A DNA stretch of 64,000 bases from Octopus vulgaris (lineage: Eukaryota): positions 64,232,001-64,296,000 of the forward strand of contig OX597820.1 of the NCBI GenBank assembly GCA_951406725.2, written 5' to 3'. Shown here piece by piece: positions 28,132 through 39,883 of this stretch. The first letter of the stretch is position 1. Every line of letters starts with the position of its first letter. The position numbers and the translations under genes were made by a program. A model generated the notes under the pieces. The model saw only the letters and a list, made by a program, of their open reading frames with translations, was not told the DNA's origin and ran no database searches.

Positions 28132-28222
28132 GTATTTCTTGATGAAGGGGACATTGTCAGTTTGAAATTAATGGATTCATAAATTCTAGACAAATGGACT
28201 CCAGAAACGGCCGTCAAAATGC
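28132..28222 (+). ncRNA. Type I hammerhead ribozyme (degenerate, long stem II), PLE-associated
   Basis: GUAUUUC-[U]UGAUGA-A-GGGG.CAUUGUC...GACAAAUG..CUCC-A-GAAA-CGGCCG-UC^AAAAUGC. Stem I pairs 6 of 7, stem III is the palindrome ACGGCCGU, the cleavage triplet is GUC, and C3 is mutated to U. Confidence 0.7.
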
Positions 28223-28530
28223 ATTTTTTATATGGTGCTATAATCCTCTATAAATATTTCTTTAGAACTCTTAAAACAAATGTATCCTTATTATTTCTCT
28301 GACTTTTAAATCCATCATTATCATCTCTCACTGCGGTCGATGTATCTTATAACTTTAATTATTAATTCAAACATTTTTAAACCTCAATTTAATATGATTT
28401 TTAATCAATGTATCACTCGTTATTTATTTATCCTTTTCCCGTATGTTTTTACCTCATGTATTTCTTATTACTATTCAAAATAGTATATTGTTATGTTCCT
28501 TCTCGAAATGTATTTATTGTGTTGTATGTA

Positions 28531-28651
28531 ATCATCATCATCATCATCGTCATCATCATCATCATCATCGTCATCATCGTCATCATCGTCATCATCTTCA
28601 TCATCGTCGTCGTAGTCGTCGACGTCGTCATCATCGTCATCATCATCATCG

Positions 28652-28713
<62 letters not shown>

Positions 28714-28820
28714 GTCATCATCGTCATCATCGTCATCATCTTCATCATCGTCGTCGTCGTCGTCGACGTCGTCATCATCGTCATCATCATCATCGTCATC
28801 ATCATCATTATCATCATCAC

Positions 28821-28857
<37 letters not shown>

Positions 28858-28936
28858 GTCATCATCGTCATCATCGTCATCATCGTCATCATCGTCGTCG
28901 TCATCATCGTCGTCATCATCGTCATCATCCTCATCG

Positions 28937-28976
<40 letters not shown>

Positions 28977-29025
28977 TATCATCATCATCATCATCATTAT
29001 TATTAAAATTATTATTATCATTATT
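28531..29025. repeat. Compound (ATC/GTC)n trinucleotide repeat with internal ~144-bp duplication
   Basis: The variant block ATCTTCATCATCGTCGTCGT.GTCGTCGACGTCGTC occurs twice (~28594 and ~28738). Confidence 0.95.
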
Positions 29026-29160
29026 AGATAATAATTCGTATGGTATACACCTGGTAACTTACCGGCACAGAACGTTCACTTTCATTGTTCACTTTCAGTG
29101 TTCGCTGTGTATTTGATTAATGAGAGAGACGTAAGGCGGAGGACACGAGAATGTTTATTG

Positions 29161-29266
29161 ATCACTACAATTGTTTCAACCCATCTTACATCGATTGTTT
29201 ATGGGTGGGATACTGAATAACTGGTTTAGGAGTATGTATCAATGTAAACGTATCACTTCAGGTGAT
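29161..29266 (-). ncRNA. Type I hammerhead ribozyme (degenerate), left arm of palindrome
   Basis: Minus strand reads AUCAC-CUGAAG[U]-~75 nt-GAAA-CAAUUG-UA^GUGAU, with perfect stem I, palindromic stem III and an A9->U change. Confidence 0.65.
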
Positions 29267-29565
29267 TATAAGATGTATCTCGTGTTTTCTTTTCGGTTTG
29301 TGTATAGAAAAGCAGCCAATTAAAACAAAGAGCTTCATTATTATAGAAGATCAATAAAAATCTGATGCAGAAAGAAACAAATGCACAATACAGGGAAAGG
29401 TATTTTGATACTCTTTTCACTGTATGTTGTATTTGTTCCTTTTTGCATTTGCTTTTATTTTTTGTATCTGATTTTTATTGATCATCTACAATAACGAAGA
29501 TATATCCTTTAATTTGCTGCTTTTGTATAAATATACCGAGAAGAATACTCGGGGATCAGCTCGCA

Positions 29566-29669
29566 ATCACTTGAAGAGACAGATCTACACCGACGGATAC
29601 TCCCCAATTATTTGCCAGTATCTCACCCGTGAAGACTCGATGCTAGATGGATCGACACTATGTAGTGAT
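29566..29669 (+). ncRNA. Type I hammerhead ribozyme (more degenerate), right arm of palindrome
   Basis: AUCAC-[U]UGAAGA-GA...UC-GA[C]A-CUAUG-UA^GUGAU. Together with the left arm it restores the consensus CUGAAGA...GAAA. Confidence 0.55.
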
Positions 29670-30085
29670 CAATAATCTCGTATCTTCCATCTTCCGTCTC
29701 TCTCATATAGACATAAGAATATTTCTTTCCAAACCTCTAATCTACTGATGAGAAGCTTACATCGCTGCCCTGATATTTTGTACTTTTAGTTATTATCTAT
29801 GTACATGTCTTAGTGTTCATAAAATATCGATGGCATTACCGTGGCAAATATATAATGTTACATATACATTCAACAAGAAAGACATTAAAAGCATGGAGTT
29901 TTCAACTTGTAAGTCTGTGCTTTAAATTTCAAGGACGTTCCTGTATTTCTCTGTTGCAAAATTAGATTGTTCGTTGTAGACAAATTTTTAATAGGCAACA
30001 AACTTTTACACTTTTGTACGTACATACCACATAAATACTAACATGCATGCTTACCTAAATACGTACGTACGCACGTATATTGACA

Positions 30086-30145
<60 letters not shown>

Positions 30146-30339
30146 TATATGTGTGTGGTGGGGTGTATATAAGGACAGGAGAAAGAAGAAGAGATGAATC
30201 GATACATACATTCATGCAAACATGCACGCTTATATGCGTGCACGCATTCGTGCGCATTCTTACTTATTACTGGATCATTCCTATCAGAACTTCTACTTAA
30301 TGCAAACATGAGAGGCCGAATATTATTGTTTGTGACAAA

Positions 30340-31220
30340 CAAAATTTCAGCTACCCTGCTGATGTGAAAATCTCTTCAAAAATCAAAAAGAAAATTATGG
30401 ACAACTGCTCTGAAACAGCTAACGTCATATTTATATCAATAATAGTTGTGGGTAAAAACTCAAATATCAATCTGGATAAGCTGCGGAATCCTGAATAAAA
30501 TCAACCCATGAATCTTTTCTCAGGTTCACAATGTGAATTCGATTTTATCTTATCTATATTCCAATAATGGGGTTGTGTATATTTGTTAGAAACCAGCTCT
30601 ATATGTACATTATTATAGCTAATAATTAAGCAACAGAAGATGACATACATACTGAGAGACGGACTGACAGACATGCAGAATCTGGGATTAACAACCGAAG
30701 AGGTGTGCCAAATCATAAGCAGCGGTTCTAAAGTGTCATCACGATGCCATCTGTCAGCGAAGTATTGGAACAATTGACAAACTAATATAAAATTTTGCTG
30801 TGAAGTGGGCCTCACACAATAATAATTATGAAAGATTAACGGCGGAATATTCCTGTCAAATCCTCTGTTATATATAGGCACGAGTGAACAGACATAATGA
30901 CCTGAGAGAGGGCAAAGAATGTGCACATAGCAGAATAAATATGTTGCCCAACACAGTTTAAAAGATTAAAGATGAAAGAAGCCGGAAGCATTTATGCTGA
31001 ACTAATTAGAAATATGCCGATACTACACCCTGAAGATAACTTCAGATTTATACCTGTGATTATTGGGGTATTTGGTGTGTGTAATTAAATGCCTCAGTGA
31101 CAGTCTCCAAAAGTTTGGCTTTACAGAACCATAGACAAAACCATAATTAAGAGTTTACAATTAGAAGTGATTAATGGAACTCTGAAAACGCAAAACATTC
31201 CGTAAGTTTATTAAATGATA
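30340..31220 (+). mobile_element. Decayed R4/Dong-like (restriction-like endonuclease) LINE 3' region
   Basis: EEVCQIISSGSKVSSR (CCHC remnant), HN*PE (cf. HNRPD), LLHPEDNFRFIPVIIGVFG, LQLEVINGTLK. Confidence 0.65.
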
Positions 31221-31323
31221 GATGCATACACACATATAAATATGTAAACATGTACAAACACACATACATGATTAAAGCTATACAATTTCAGACATGAAAA
31301 TCTACACAAACAAATATGTGTGA

Positions 31324-31480
31324 ATGCAGGATGGCTGTGTGGTAAGAAGCATGGAACCTAACCACATAATACCTGGTTCAGTCCCTCTCCTCCGTGATAT
31401 CTTCGAACAAGTATCTCTGCTGAAGGTACGAGCCGAGCAAAGCTTTATGAGTAGATTTGTTATACGGAAAATAAGTGTCG
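31324..31480 (+). mobile_element. 5' part of an old SINE family A copy
   Basis: GCAGGATGGCTGTGTGGTAAGAAGC..AACCACAT..GGTTCAGTCCC. Confidence 0.65.
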
Positions 31481-31550
<70 letters not shown>

Positions 31551-31816
31551 TTATGCATGTATTTGTGCGTGTCTGTGTCTGTGTTTGTGTATATCTATAT
31601 ATGTATATATAGATATATGTACATGTATATATGTATATATATATATATGTGTGTGTGTGTGGATATATATATATGAATACACATGTATATATATATATAT
31701 ATATATGTGTGTGCATGTGTACATACATATAAGTATATATATATATGTATATATGTATATATGCATATATACACACATATATATATCTACATAGTTATCC
31801 ATACATACAAGCATAC

Positions 31817-31859
<43 letters not shown>

Positions 31860-31860
31860 T

Positions 31861-32535
31861 GTCCCTCACACCACCGTCTGATAGTGAATGGATACAATGT
31901 CTTAGATGTGAACTATAAACCTACCTAAACATATGTACAAGCACACAGTGTCAAATAAACACTGATACACACACACACACAAACACACTTATATACGTAT
32001 AATCTTAAAGTATACACATGTATACGTTTAGCCATCTATTCATATATATGCCACTATTTTCGTAGACGACGCTTAAAATTCAAAATCTTTTTCTTGTACT
32101 TTACATTGACATATACATATATATGCGCATACATACGTATAAAATATATGCATATATATATACACATACGAGCATGCACATACACAATCATACACACACA
32201 TATATACTCACACATATACAGATACACGTATGAGTATGTATGTATAAATACGTTGCTATTATAAATATATGTATGTCTGCACATATATATGTATATGTTT
32301 ATGTAAAATACAAAAAAAATGTTTTTAAATTTTAAATGTCTGCGAAAATAGTGACATATATATGTGTAGATCGATAAGCGTATAGATGTGTATACTTCAA
32401 TCTTATACGTATATATGTATGTATACGTGTTTATATATTTGTGTGTGTTTGTACATGTGTATAGGTTGGATTATATTTGCATGAATGTATCTAAGATATT
32501 GTATCCATTCACCGTTATACGGTGGTGTGGAGGAC
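31861..32535. repeat. Long imperfect inverted repeat (~280-bp arms, ~110-bp spacer)
   Basis: GTCCCTCACACCACCGT..GTGAATGGATACAATGTCTTAGAT pairs with ATCTAAGATATTGTATCCATTCAC..ACGGTGGTGTGGAGGAC. TGCCACTATTTTCGTAGAC pairs with GTCTGCGAAAATAGTGACA. Confidence 0.85.
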
Positions 32536-32554
32536 ATACATATATATATCTTGT

Positions 32555-32620
<66 letters not shown>

Positions 32621-32622
<2 letters not shown>

Positions 32623-32987
32623 CTCTTTTACTTTTTTCCTTGTTTCAGTCATTTGACTGCGGCCATGCTGGAGCACCGCTTTTAGTTGAGCAAATCGACC
32701 CCGGAACTTATTCTTTGTAAGCCCAGTACTTATTCTTTCGGTCTCTTTTGCCGAACCGCTAAGTGACGGGGACGTAAACACACCAGCATCGGTTGTCAAG
32801 CAATGCTAGGGGGACAAACACAGACACACAGACATATACACACACATACATACATATATAAATATACATATATACGACAGGCTTCTTTCAGTTTCCGTCT
32901 ACCAAATCCACTCACAAGGCATTGGTCGGCCCGAGGCTATAGCAGAAGACACTTGCCCAAGTGCCCAACATGCCACGCAGTGGGACT
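32621..32987 (-). mobile_element. Young SINE family A copy, lacking the 5' A-box
   Basis: Near-identical reverse complement of ~6480-6820. Confidence 0.9.
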
Positions 32988-33467
32988 ATATATATGTACA
33001 ACATTCGACAGAGAAGCAGTCATATATATAACTTGAAATGACATATATATCAGTACATAAACATACATTCACATGTACATGCACATATACACAGACACAG
33101 AAAAGTCTACACTTTTATTCACCTAAATATGCACGTACATGCGTAAGTACATAGATATATATGTACATACATACATACATGCACGCAAGTAGGCGTGCAC
33201 GCACTCATGCGCACGTACACAGTTGTATGTGCACACACATGCACACATTCACATACATAACAAAATACATGCATACATATATGTCATGAATAAACTGTAA
33301 CTTTACTTACAGATGCTGCATGCAATTTTGTCATTGAACAGGTCGCGGTTTCAAAGTGACGAAAATATTTTCACAAATTGAATTAAAATTTTCAAGAGAA
33401 TCTAACGGCTTTTTTGTGTCTTTAAATAGCCTATAAACAACTCCCAATCTCTCTCTCTCTCTCTATC

Positions 33468-33550
<83 letters not shown>

Positions 33551-33599
33551 ATCTCTATATATATATATATATATATACATATATGTAAGTATATATATA

Positions 33600-33799
33600 T
33601 GGTCGGGTCGTCGGCGACTAAACCGGCAACCCCACCAAGCTTGCTTGGTGAGTAGGGTGTTTCTTGGACACCCTGCGGGATGAAAAACAAAACCTGTCAA
33701 AGGGCGGAGGAACTCTTGACAGTCAACGGCCATCCAATACATGTCTTAAGAGTGTATCCTAAGCTTGACGCTTTAACCAGTGAGCCATGCACCTTCACC
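33600..33799 (-). mobile_element. Short chimeric SINE-like element: tRNA-like A-box head plus structured tail
   Basis: Minus strand starts GGTGAAGGTGCATGGCTCACTGGTTAAAGCGTCAAGC (resembles the family C head at 13620), has no B-box, then a GC-rich three-hairpin tail ending at (TA)n. Confidence 0.55.
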
Positions 33800-34278
33800 A
33801 TATACACATATACACTCGTGACTCTGTGTGTGTGTGTGTGTGTGTGTTCGTGTGTGTGCGTGTGTGTGTTGCGTACGTGTTTTTATGTTTGTGTATGTAT
33901 CTGTATGTGTCTGTCGTTACATTTGTTTCCACCGTTTGAAAACCTACGTTGATGAGTTTACATGTCCTTAATACCTAATTTTCCGGTTCGGCAACAGAGA
34001 CCGATAGAAGAAGTCTGACATCATTATAGCAGAATCCCAGCATGGTCGCAGTACAATGGATAGAACAAGTAAATTGAAAAAATATAAGAGAAAGAGTCTT
34101 TTATCCCGCTAGATTGAAGTACGACTTGTTACGATACAACTACAGGTTCAATATCAGCAATGCGGCTTTGGTAATTTTATGAGTTTCTTAGTCTTTCAAA
34201 CAACGTACTAATAGCTTTATACGTTATTTTGTAATGTCATCTTAGACTACATTGTAAACAAATATATACATATTTCTA

Positions 34279-35324
34279 TTAGGTCGTCGGAATGAAATTT
34301 GTAGTAAGGTATATTGTAAACTTTGACAGCTAATTCTAGTGTTATTACACAGCTGACAGTATCAAACTGGTTTGCAAAAATTTCGTTCTGGTAACTATGA
34401 CCTCAAAAATGTGCAACAAGTTCGACCAGAAACAAAGGTGGATAATGACGAACTGAAAGCCACCGTCGAGTCAGATCCATCTCAAAGTGCCCGTGAATTA
34501 TCGTTGTTAGCAAGCAAATAATATTGACTCACCTAGTTCAAATCGTTAAAGTGAAAAAGTTGGATAGGTGGGCCCCACATGAACACAATGAAAATCAGAA
34601 ACAGCAATGTTTGGAAGCCTGCATTATGCTACTCTCTTGTCATAAAAATGAAACCTATTTTAATCGAATTCTAACATGTGATGAGAAATGGATCCACTAC
34701 AATAACGGTAAACATTCAGCACAATGGTTGGACATAGAAGAGCCACAGAAACACAGTCCAAAAGGCAAAATTCATTAAAAAAAAAATGCTGATGATGTTC
34801 GTTTGGTGGTCTGGCGCAGGTGTGATCCATTATGATTTCATTAAACCTGGTTCATTAATCACGGCCGAAGTATAATGCAGCCAACTGGACCAAATGATGC
34901 AGAAATTTTAAAAAAGGCCTAGATTAATAAACAGATCCACTTTTATTTTATTGCAAGAGAACGCCAGACCACACATCGCAAAAATGACATTGGTGAAACT
35001 ACAGGATTTGGAGTTGGGTGTTCCCCATCATCCACTTCATCTTGCCCCCAATGACTACCACTTCTTCCAGAATTTGGATAACGTTTTCACAAAAAAAAAA
35101 GAATAATAATAATTCAGACGATGTTATAAAACAGGCCTTCCAAGATTTTATTGATTCAAGATTGCCAGACTTTTACAGTTCCGGGCTGGACAAGCTACCG
35201 TTGAAATGACAACCATGTATTGACAATATGGCTGCATACTTTGATGAATAAATCTATTCCTTGTATTTATAGAACCTTAGCAAACTTTTTTTCGTTTCTA
35301 CAAATTTCATACTTGACGACCTGA
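34279..35324 (+). mobile_element. mariner (DD34D) transposon, decayed, both TIRs present
   Basis: TIRs TTAGGTCGTCGGAATGAAATTTGTAG and CTACAAATTTCATACTTGACGACCTGA with TA flanks. Motifs WAPHE, LTCDEKW, QENARPH, LAP.DYH. Confidence 0.92.
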
Positions 35325-35354
35325 TATATTCTTGTATACTTCATTGACTCTTTC

Positions 35355-35685
35355 TTTATTATCTCCGCCTTCGCTAAGGCTGAGGTAATGTTTTCAGTCG
35401 TGTTTGTTTGTTTGTCCGCTGTATGGATTCGGATGAAACTTTAAGGGATGTTTGGCCTTGTAACTGGCACGAATTAAGTAGATTTTGTGATCTGGTACCA
35501 GAAAAGGATTCTGGATTAGTTTTCCTGTTTTTTTACTTAAGTTTTGAGAGTACCGAGTTCATTTTTAGTATTCTCGTTCTTGAGAGCAGTCGAGTATATT
35601 TTAGATATTCTCATTTAAAAAACCATCTCTGGCTAATTGCTGAGAGAACCTTAGTGGGGTTTTGCACTCTCTGAGTGCTCTTGTT
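35355..35685 (+). mobile_element. Helentron-associated (DINE-1/HINE-like) non-autonomous element
   Basis: Starts TTATTATCTCCGCC..GGCTGAGG (5' hairpin), has a (GTTT)n tract, and ends with hairpin GCACTC-TCT-GAGTGC then TCTTGTT. T-rich flanks, no TSD. Confidence 0.6.
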
Positions 35686-35919
35686 ATTTATATTATACTC
35701 CAATGCTTTGTTTTGCTGAACTAAATCCCTTTGGCGTCAGGTAGGGGACAGATTTATTTCCGGTGAACAATTTCTGAAACACCTAAGGAATTTTGTCAAA
35801 ATTACTGCGCTTAAATATTTGAATATATGCGCTGTAAAAGACTACAGTCACATATTAGTGTAGAAGTGTGGAATGTTGAGGTAGCAAACTTTGTTTTCCT
35901 TTTCCTCCTCCTTATAATA

Positions 35920-36345
35920 GACGCAGACATGGCTGTGTAGTTAAGAAGCTCGCTTTTCGACAATGGTATTGGGTTCAACCTCATTCCGTGGCATCCTAAT
36001 CAAGTGTCTCCCACTATAATCCCGGGACGTCCGATTCCTTGTTAGTAAAGTTTGGTGGACCGAAGTTGCGTGGAATCACGTCGTATATGTATTTAAATGC
36101 ATATGCGTTGTGTGTGTATTGGTGCGCGCGCGTGCGAGCGTGTGTATATATCTGTGTGTGTGCGTGTCTTTGCGTCTGTGTTTGTTCCTGACCGGTTGAT
36201 AACCGGTGTTGGTTTTCTTACGCCCTCATAACTTTAGCGGTTCTGTAAATTAGGAGTCAGACCGGATTCAGTTCCACTTAAACTCTTTGTGATATTGCTC
36301 CATTGTGACCGCTGGCAAATGGACAAAATAAGTAAAAGGCATAAG
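35920..36345 (+). mobile_element. Old SINE family A copy
   Basis: GACGCAGACATGGCTGTGTAGTTAAGAAGC..GGGTTCAAC..CAAGTGTCT..ACCGGTGTTGGT..AAGTAAAAG. Confidence 0.7.
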
Positions 36346-37731
36346 ACACTATTTAAACGTTTTATACGCTTATCCTCGTTATGAGTTATTATTTCCTCTC
36401 ATGTGGTAACACTAAAAACTAATGTAATGGAACGGTCCCTTGCAAATAATTATAAAGAAAGCGTTCTCAAAAAGATTTCCTTATAATTTTGTTCATCTAG
36501 GATGATATTCTCTCACTCCTTGTTTTGTTTTGTTTTTTTTTTTTTCCTTTTTAGTCTCATAGTATGACTTGTGAGAGATTTAGTTATTATATTTAGCAGG
36601 TCGAGCAACCAAGTAAAATGTCTCTTGTTGACTCAACTGACTTTCGTTTTGCTGCCGCTAATCGATGAGCAGAACGGTAATTAAACTTGTCCGAGCTATG
36701 AACAGCTCGTTTCTGTATTAGTAAGACTTCACTGCCCAATGAATCCTCCCATCTTCCTTTACGCCACCAATAAAAAAAAAGACTTTTCTTCTCTTTTTTG
36801 AAATGCAGAAAGAAAGATGTTTCCGGGGCGATTCATATGAAATGTTTTGCTTGCTAGGCGACAAACCGCATAGAAGCTCTTTCATAAACCTCGAACACTG
36901 GAGGTGAAAAACTGCGGTTTTTATCCCATATGATTCGTTGCACAAGCTCAAAGCTAGAAATTTCAAAAGAGGAAGAAACAGCCGATTAATGGATTCCATT
37001 ATTTGATTGGTTCTTATTTTCTTATATTATACTCCGGGAGTTTTAGAATAAAGTCCCCTTGGCGAGGACGTAACGGTTCATATATTGTTCTCCTTTTATT
37101 ACCGGACAGTGAATAAATGCATAACTCGTTAGCATGATGAAGAATTACAGTTTTATTTACTGTGGAAAAAAACAACATCAAGTTGAACCAATGTTGTAGT
37201 CTGCAATGTGTCATTTCACTTACGAGAAATAATAGCCACGTTTCCTCAAATCATAACCTGCACAGATTTAATCTTGTATTTCTCGAATACAAAACATGAT
37301 GATCACAAACGTACCACCTTTCATTGGTTTTCTAGATCAAAACAACAATAGTAATGAGAATAGGAACAGCTACGACCACAGATAAAGAAGAAACTGACCC
37401 CCTCCTTCAGCTACATGTACTGACAGAACTATTCACCGGAACCTAAATATTCTACAATTCTTGAAACTCGTGCTTATGTTGATGTTATTATTGTTGTAGT
37501 TCATTTTGTGATTTAAACACAGGTCAACCTTCATTAAATAGACGTCTGTTCACTATGTTCCAGCAGTGGACATTCGATTTCCTAATTTTCAGTTGCTGCA
37601 TCCGTCACTATTATCTAAATTGATCCTCTACAACATTATAAAGTATTGTTTGAAGTGTTAACCGGTGCCTCAAAATAAGATCTCAGATCTCAGAGATACT
37701 AAAATCACGTCGAAATCAGTCAATGGTGTTT

Positions 37732-37885
37732 GTGGTTGTATGGTAAGTAGCTTGCTTACCAACCACATGGTACCGGGCTCATTCCCACTGCGTGGCACCT
37801 TGGGCAAGTGTCTTCTACTATAGGCTCGGGCCGACCACAGACTTGTGAGTGGATTTGGTAGACGGAAACTGAAAGAGGCCCGTCG

Positions 37886-37946
<61 letters not shown>

Positions 37947-38153
37947 GATTGTGTTTGTCCCCCAACATCGCTTGACAACCGATGGTGGTGTGTTTACGTC
38001 CCCGTAACTTAGCGGTTCCGCAAAAGAGACCGATAGAATAAGTACTAGACTTACAAAGAATAAGTCCTGTCGTCGATTTACTCGACTAAACGCGGTGCTC
38101 CAGCATGGCCACAGTCAAATGACTTAAACAGGTAAAGGAGTAAAAGAGTAAAA
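37732..38153 (+). mobile_element. SINE family A copy, near full length
   Basis: High similarity to 6421-6833. Confidence 0.9.
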
Positions 38154-38719
38154 GTGTATGTATTATAAGACACAGATTAAGCTAATCTGTAATCAAGAGC
38201 CTTCAGTCTATGATAATCCTACGTTTTCGTTCAGGTATTGTTTATCTCCCACTATTTTATATAAACTAGTCTTGCACGAAAAGTAATCGTATTAACGATA
38301 GGTGTTAATTTTTCTTCTCCCATAAGTGAGACATATATATTTTTTTATTGAGAATATTCAGCATACGTAATGTGGTACACCTCCCCAAGCACATATGGCA
38401 GTCACCTGGAAAACAAAGTGAAGGAGTTGTCCTTATTCAAAATTTTAACAAGATTTCCTACAAATGAGCCAATTGTTTCCAACAAAATATGAAAACTTCG
38501 TCAATTGACACGATATGAGCGCAACACTTACCAAACCAACAAAATCAACAGCAAAAATAATACTTATAATAGTAATAAAACGTTTATTATGATTAATCGT
38601 TTGTCATCATAATCATCACCATCATTATTATTATCATTATTATTACTATCATCATAATCATCATCATCATCATTGAGTGAGTGAGAGGGCAGCCCACGCG
38701 ATGAAAGTGATGCTGGATA

Positions 38720-39100
38720 CTCTTTGGTAATTGAATAGTTCAATCATGGGAAAATGGATGTTTCGCTCGTTATCCTTAAATGATCCTTGTTTAAGGACCT
38801 TTGGAGCGGAATGGGTTACTCAACCTGAAAGAAGACCAATATACGAAGACCAATATACCGGTCATGATTATTTGTTCGATACGTGTGCAACACGCACACT
38901 CATCACAACCATATGTCCGCATCATGGCGACCTCAATTCAAGACAAAACAGCACACGAACATGCACGTGGGGCCCCAGTTAGAATTTTCTTTCAGGTTGA
39001 GTATCCCATTCCGCTCCAAAGGTCCTTAAACAAGGATCGTTTAAGGATAACGAGCGAAACATCCATGTTCCCATGATTGAACTATTCAATTACCAAAGAG
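38720..39100. repeat. Inverted repeat with 114-bp arms (3 mismatches) and 153-bp spacer
   Basis: 38720-38833 pairs with 38987-39100; both outer flanks are TA. Confidence 0.95.
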
Positions 39101-39384
39101 TACATCTCTCAACACATGGCTATGATGCTCCCCAAATACTTCTGCTCATGATCAGAGATAAACATATCGTCAATCACTAAGAAAACATGCTAAACTGATT
39201 ATGGTCAAGTAACTGACAAGCAAATTCGTGGTATTGAACAGAATATTTACTGTAGCCCATGTTTTATTCCGCGACGAAATATGTACGTTATACACAACGG
39301 AACATGTACATAATAACAGTTGTAATCAATTAACATCAGCTATTGTTATGTTAGTATTGCGTCAGGGCATTAACATGTCGGAAT

Positions 39385-39722
39385 CTGAGTTCAAATTCCG
39401 CTGAGATCGACTTTACCTTTCATCATTTCAGGGTCGATAAAAAAAGTGGTACTTGAACAATTGTGGTGGGGGGTCAATGTAATCGACTTATCCAGTGCCC
39501 CCAAATTGTTTTGAAACCATTATTAAGGCAATGAGCTAGGATAATCGTTGGCACGCTGGCATTTCGTTTGCCTTTACGTTCTGAGTTTAAATGCCGGCGG
39601 GGTCGATTTTGCCTTTCATCCTAAGAGGATCGATGAATTGAGTACCAGTGAAACACTGGGGTCGATGAAATACACTAGACCGCTCTCACCAAATTTCCGG
39701 CCTTGTGGCTATAGTAGAAATG
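39385..39722 (+). mobile_element. Two adjacent SINE family B copies followed by (TTC)n(TTA)n
   Basis: TCTGAGTT.AAAT.CCG..GA.TTT.CCTTTCATC core occurs twice. Confidence 0.75.
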
Positions 39723-39740
39723 ATTCTTCTTCTTCTTCTT

Positions 39741-39883
<143 letters not shown>

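Larger units (their letters stand above)
29121..29705. repeat. ~585-bp imperfect palindrome (inverted pLTR-like pair)
   Basis: TGAGAGAGACG..ATTGATCACTACA pairs with TGTAGTGATCAAT..CGTCTCTCTCA, GATCAATAAAAATC with GATTTTTATTGATC, and AAAAGCAGC with GCTGCTTTT. The centre is near GTAT-TTTG-ATAC (~29400-29411). Confidence 0.85.

Noticed and set aside
28408-29031. Poly-His/Arg, poly-Ile and poly-Met ORFs (176-207 aa)
   Set aside because: Several frames are open simply because (ATC/GTC)n lacks stops in them; no exon evidence.
29121-29705. Integrated viroid-like (ambisense ribozyme) genome
   Set aside because: The two ribozymes are inverted copies of one sequence and each strand has only one cut site, so no unit-length circle follows; an inverted pLTR origin is simpler.
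36809-36903. Possible 95-bp exon (pyrimidine tract-CAG ... AG|GTGAAA; KERCFRGDSYEMFCLLGDK..)
   Set aside because: Weak donor, no recognisable homology and no partner exons; chance occurrence is likely.
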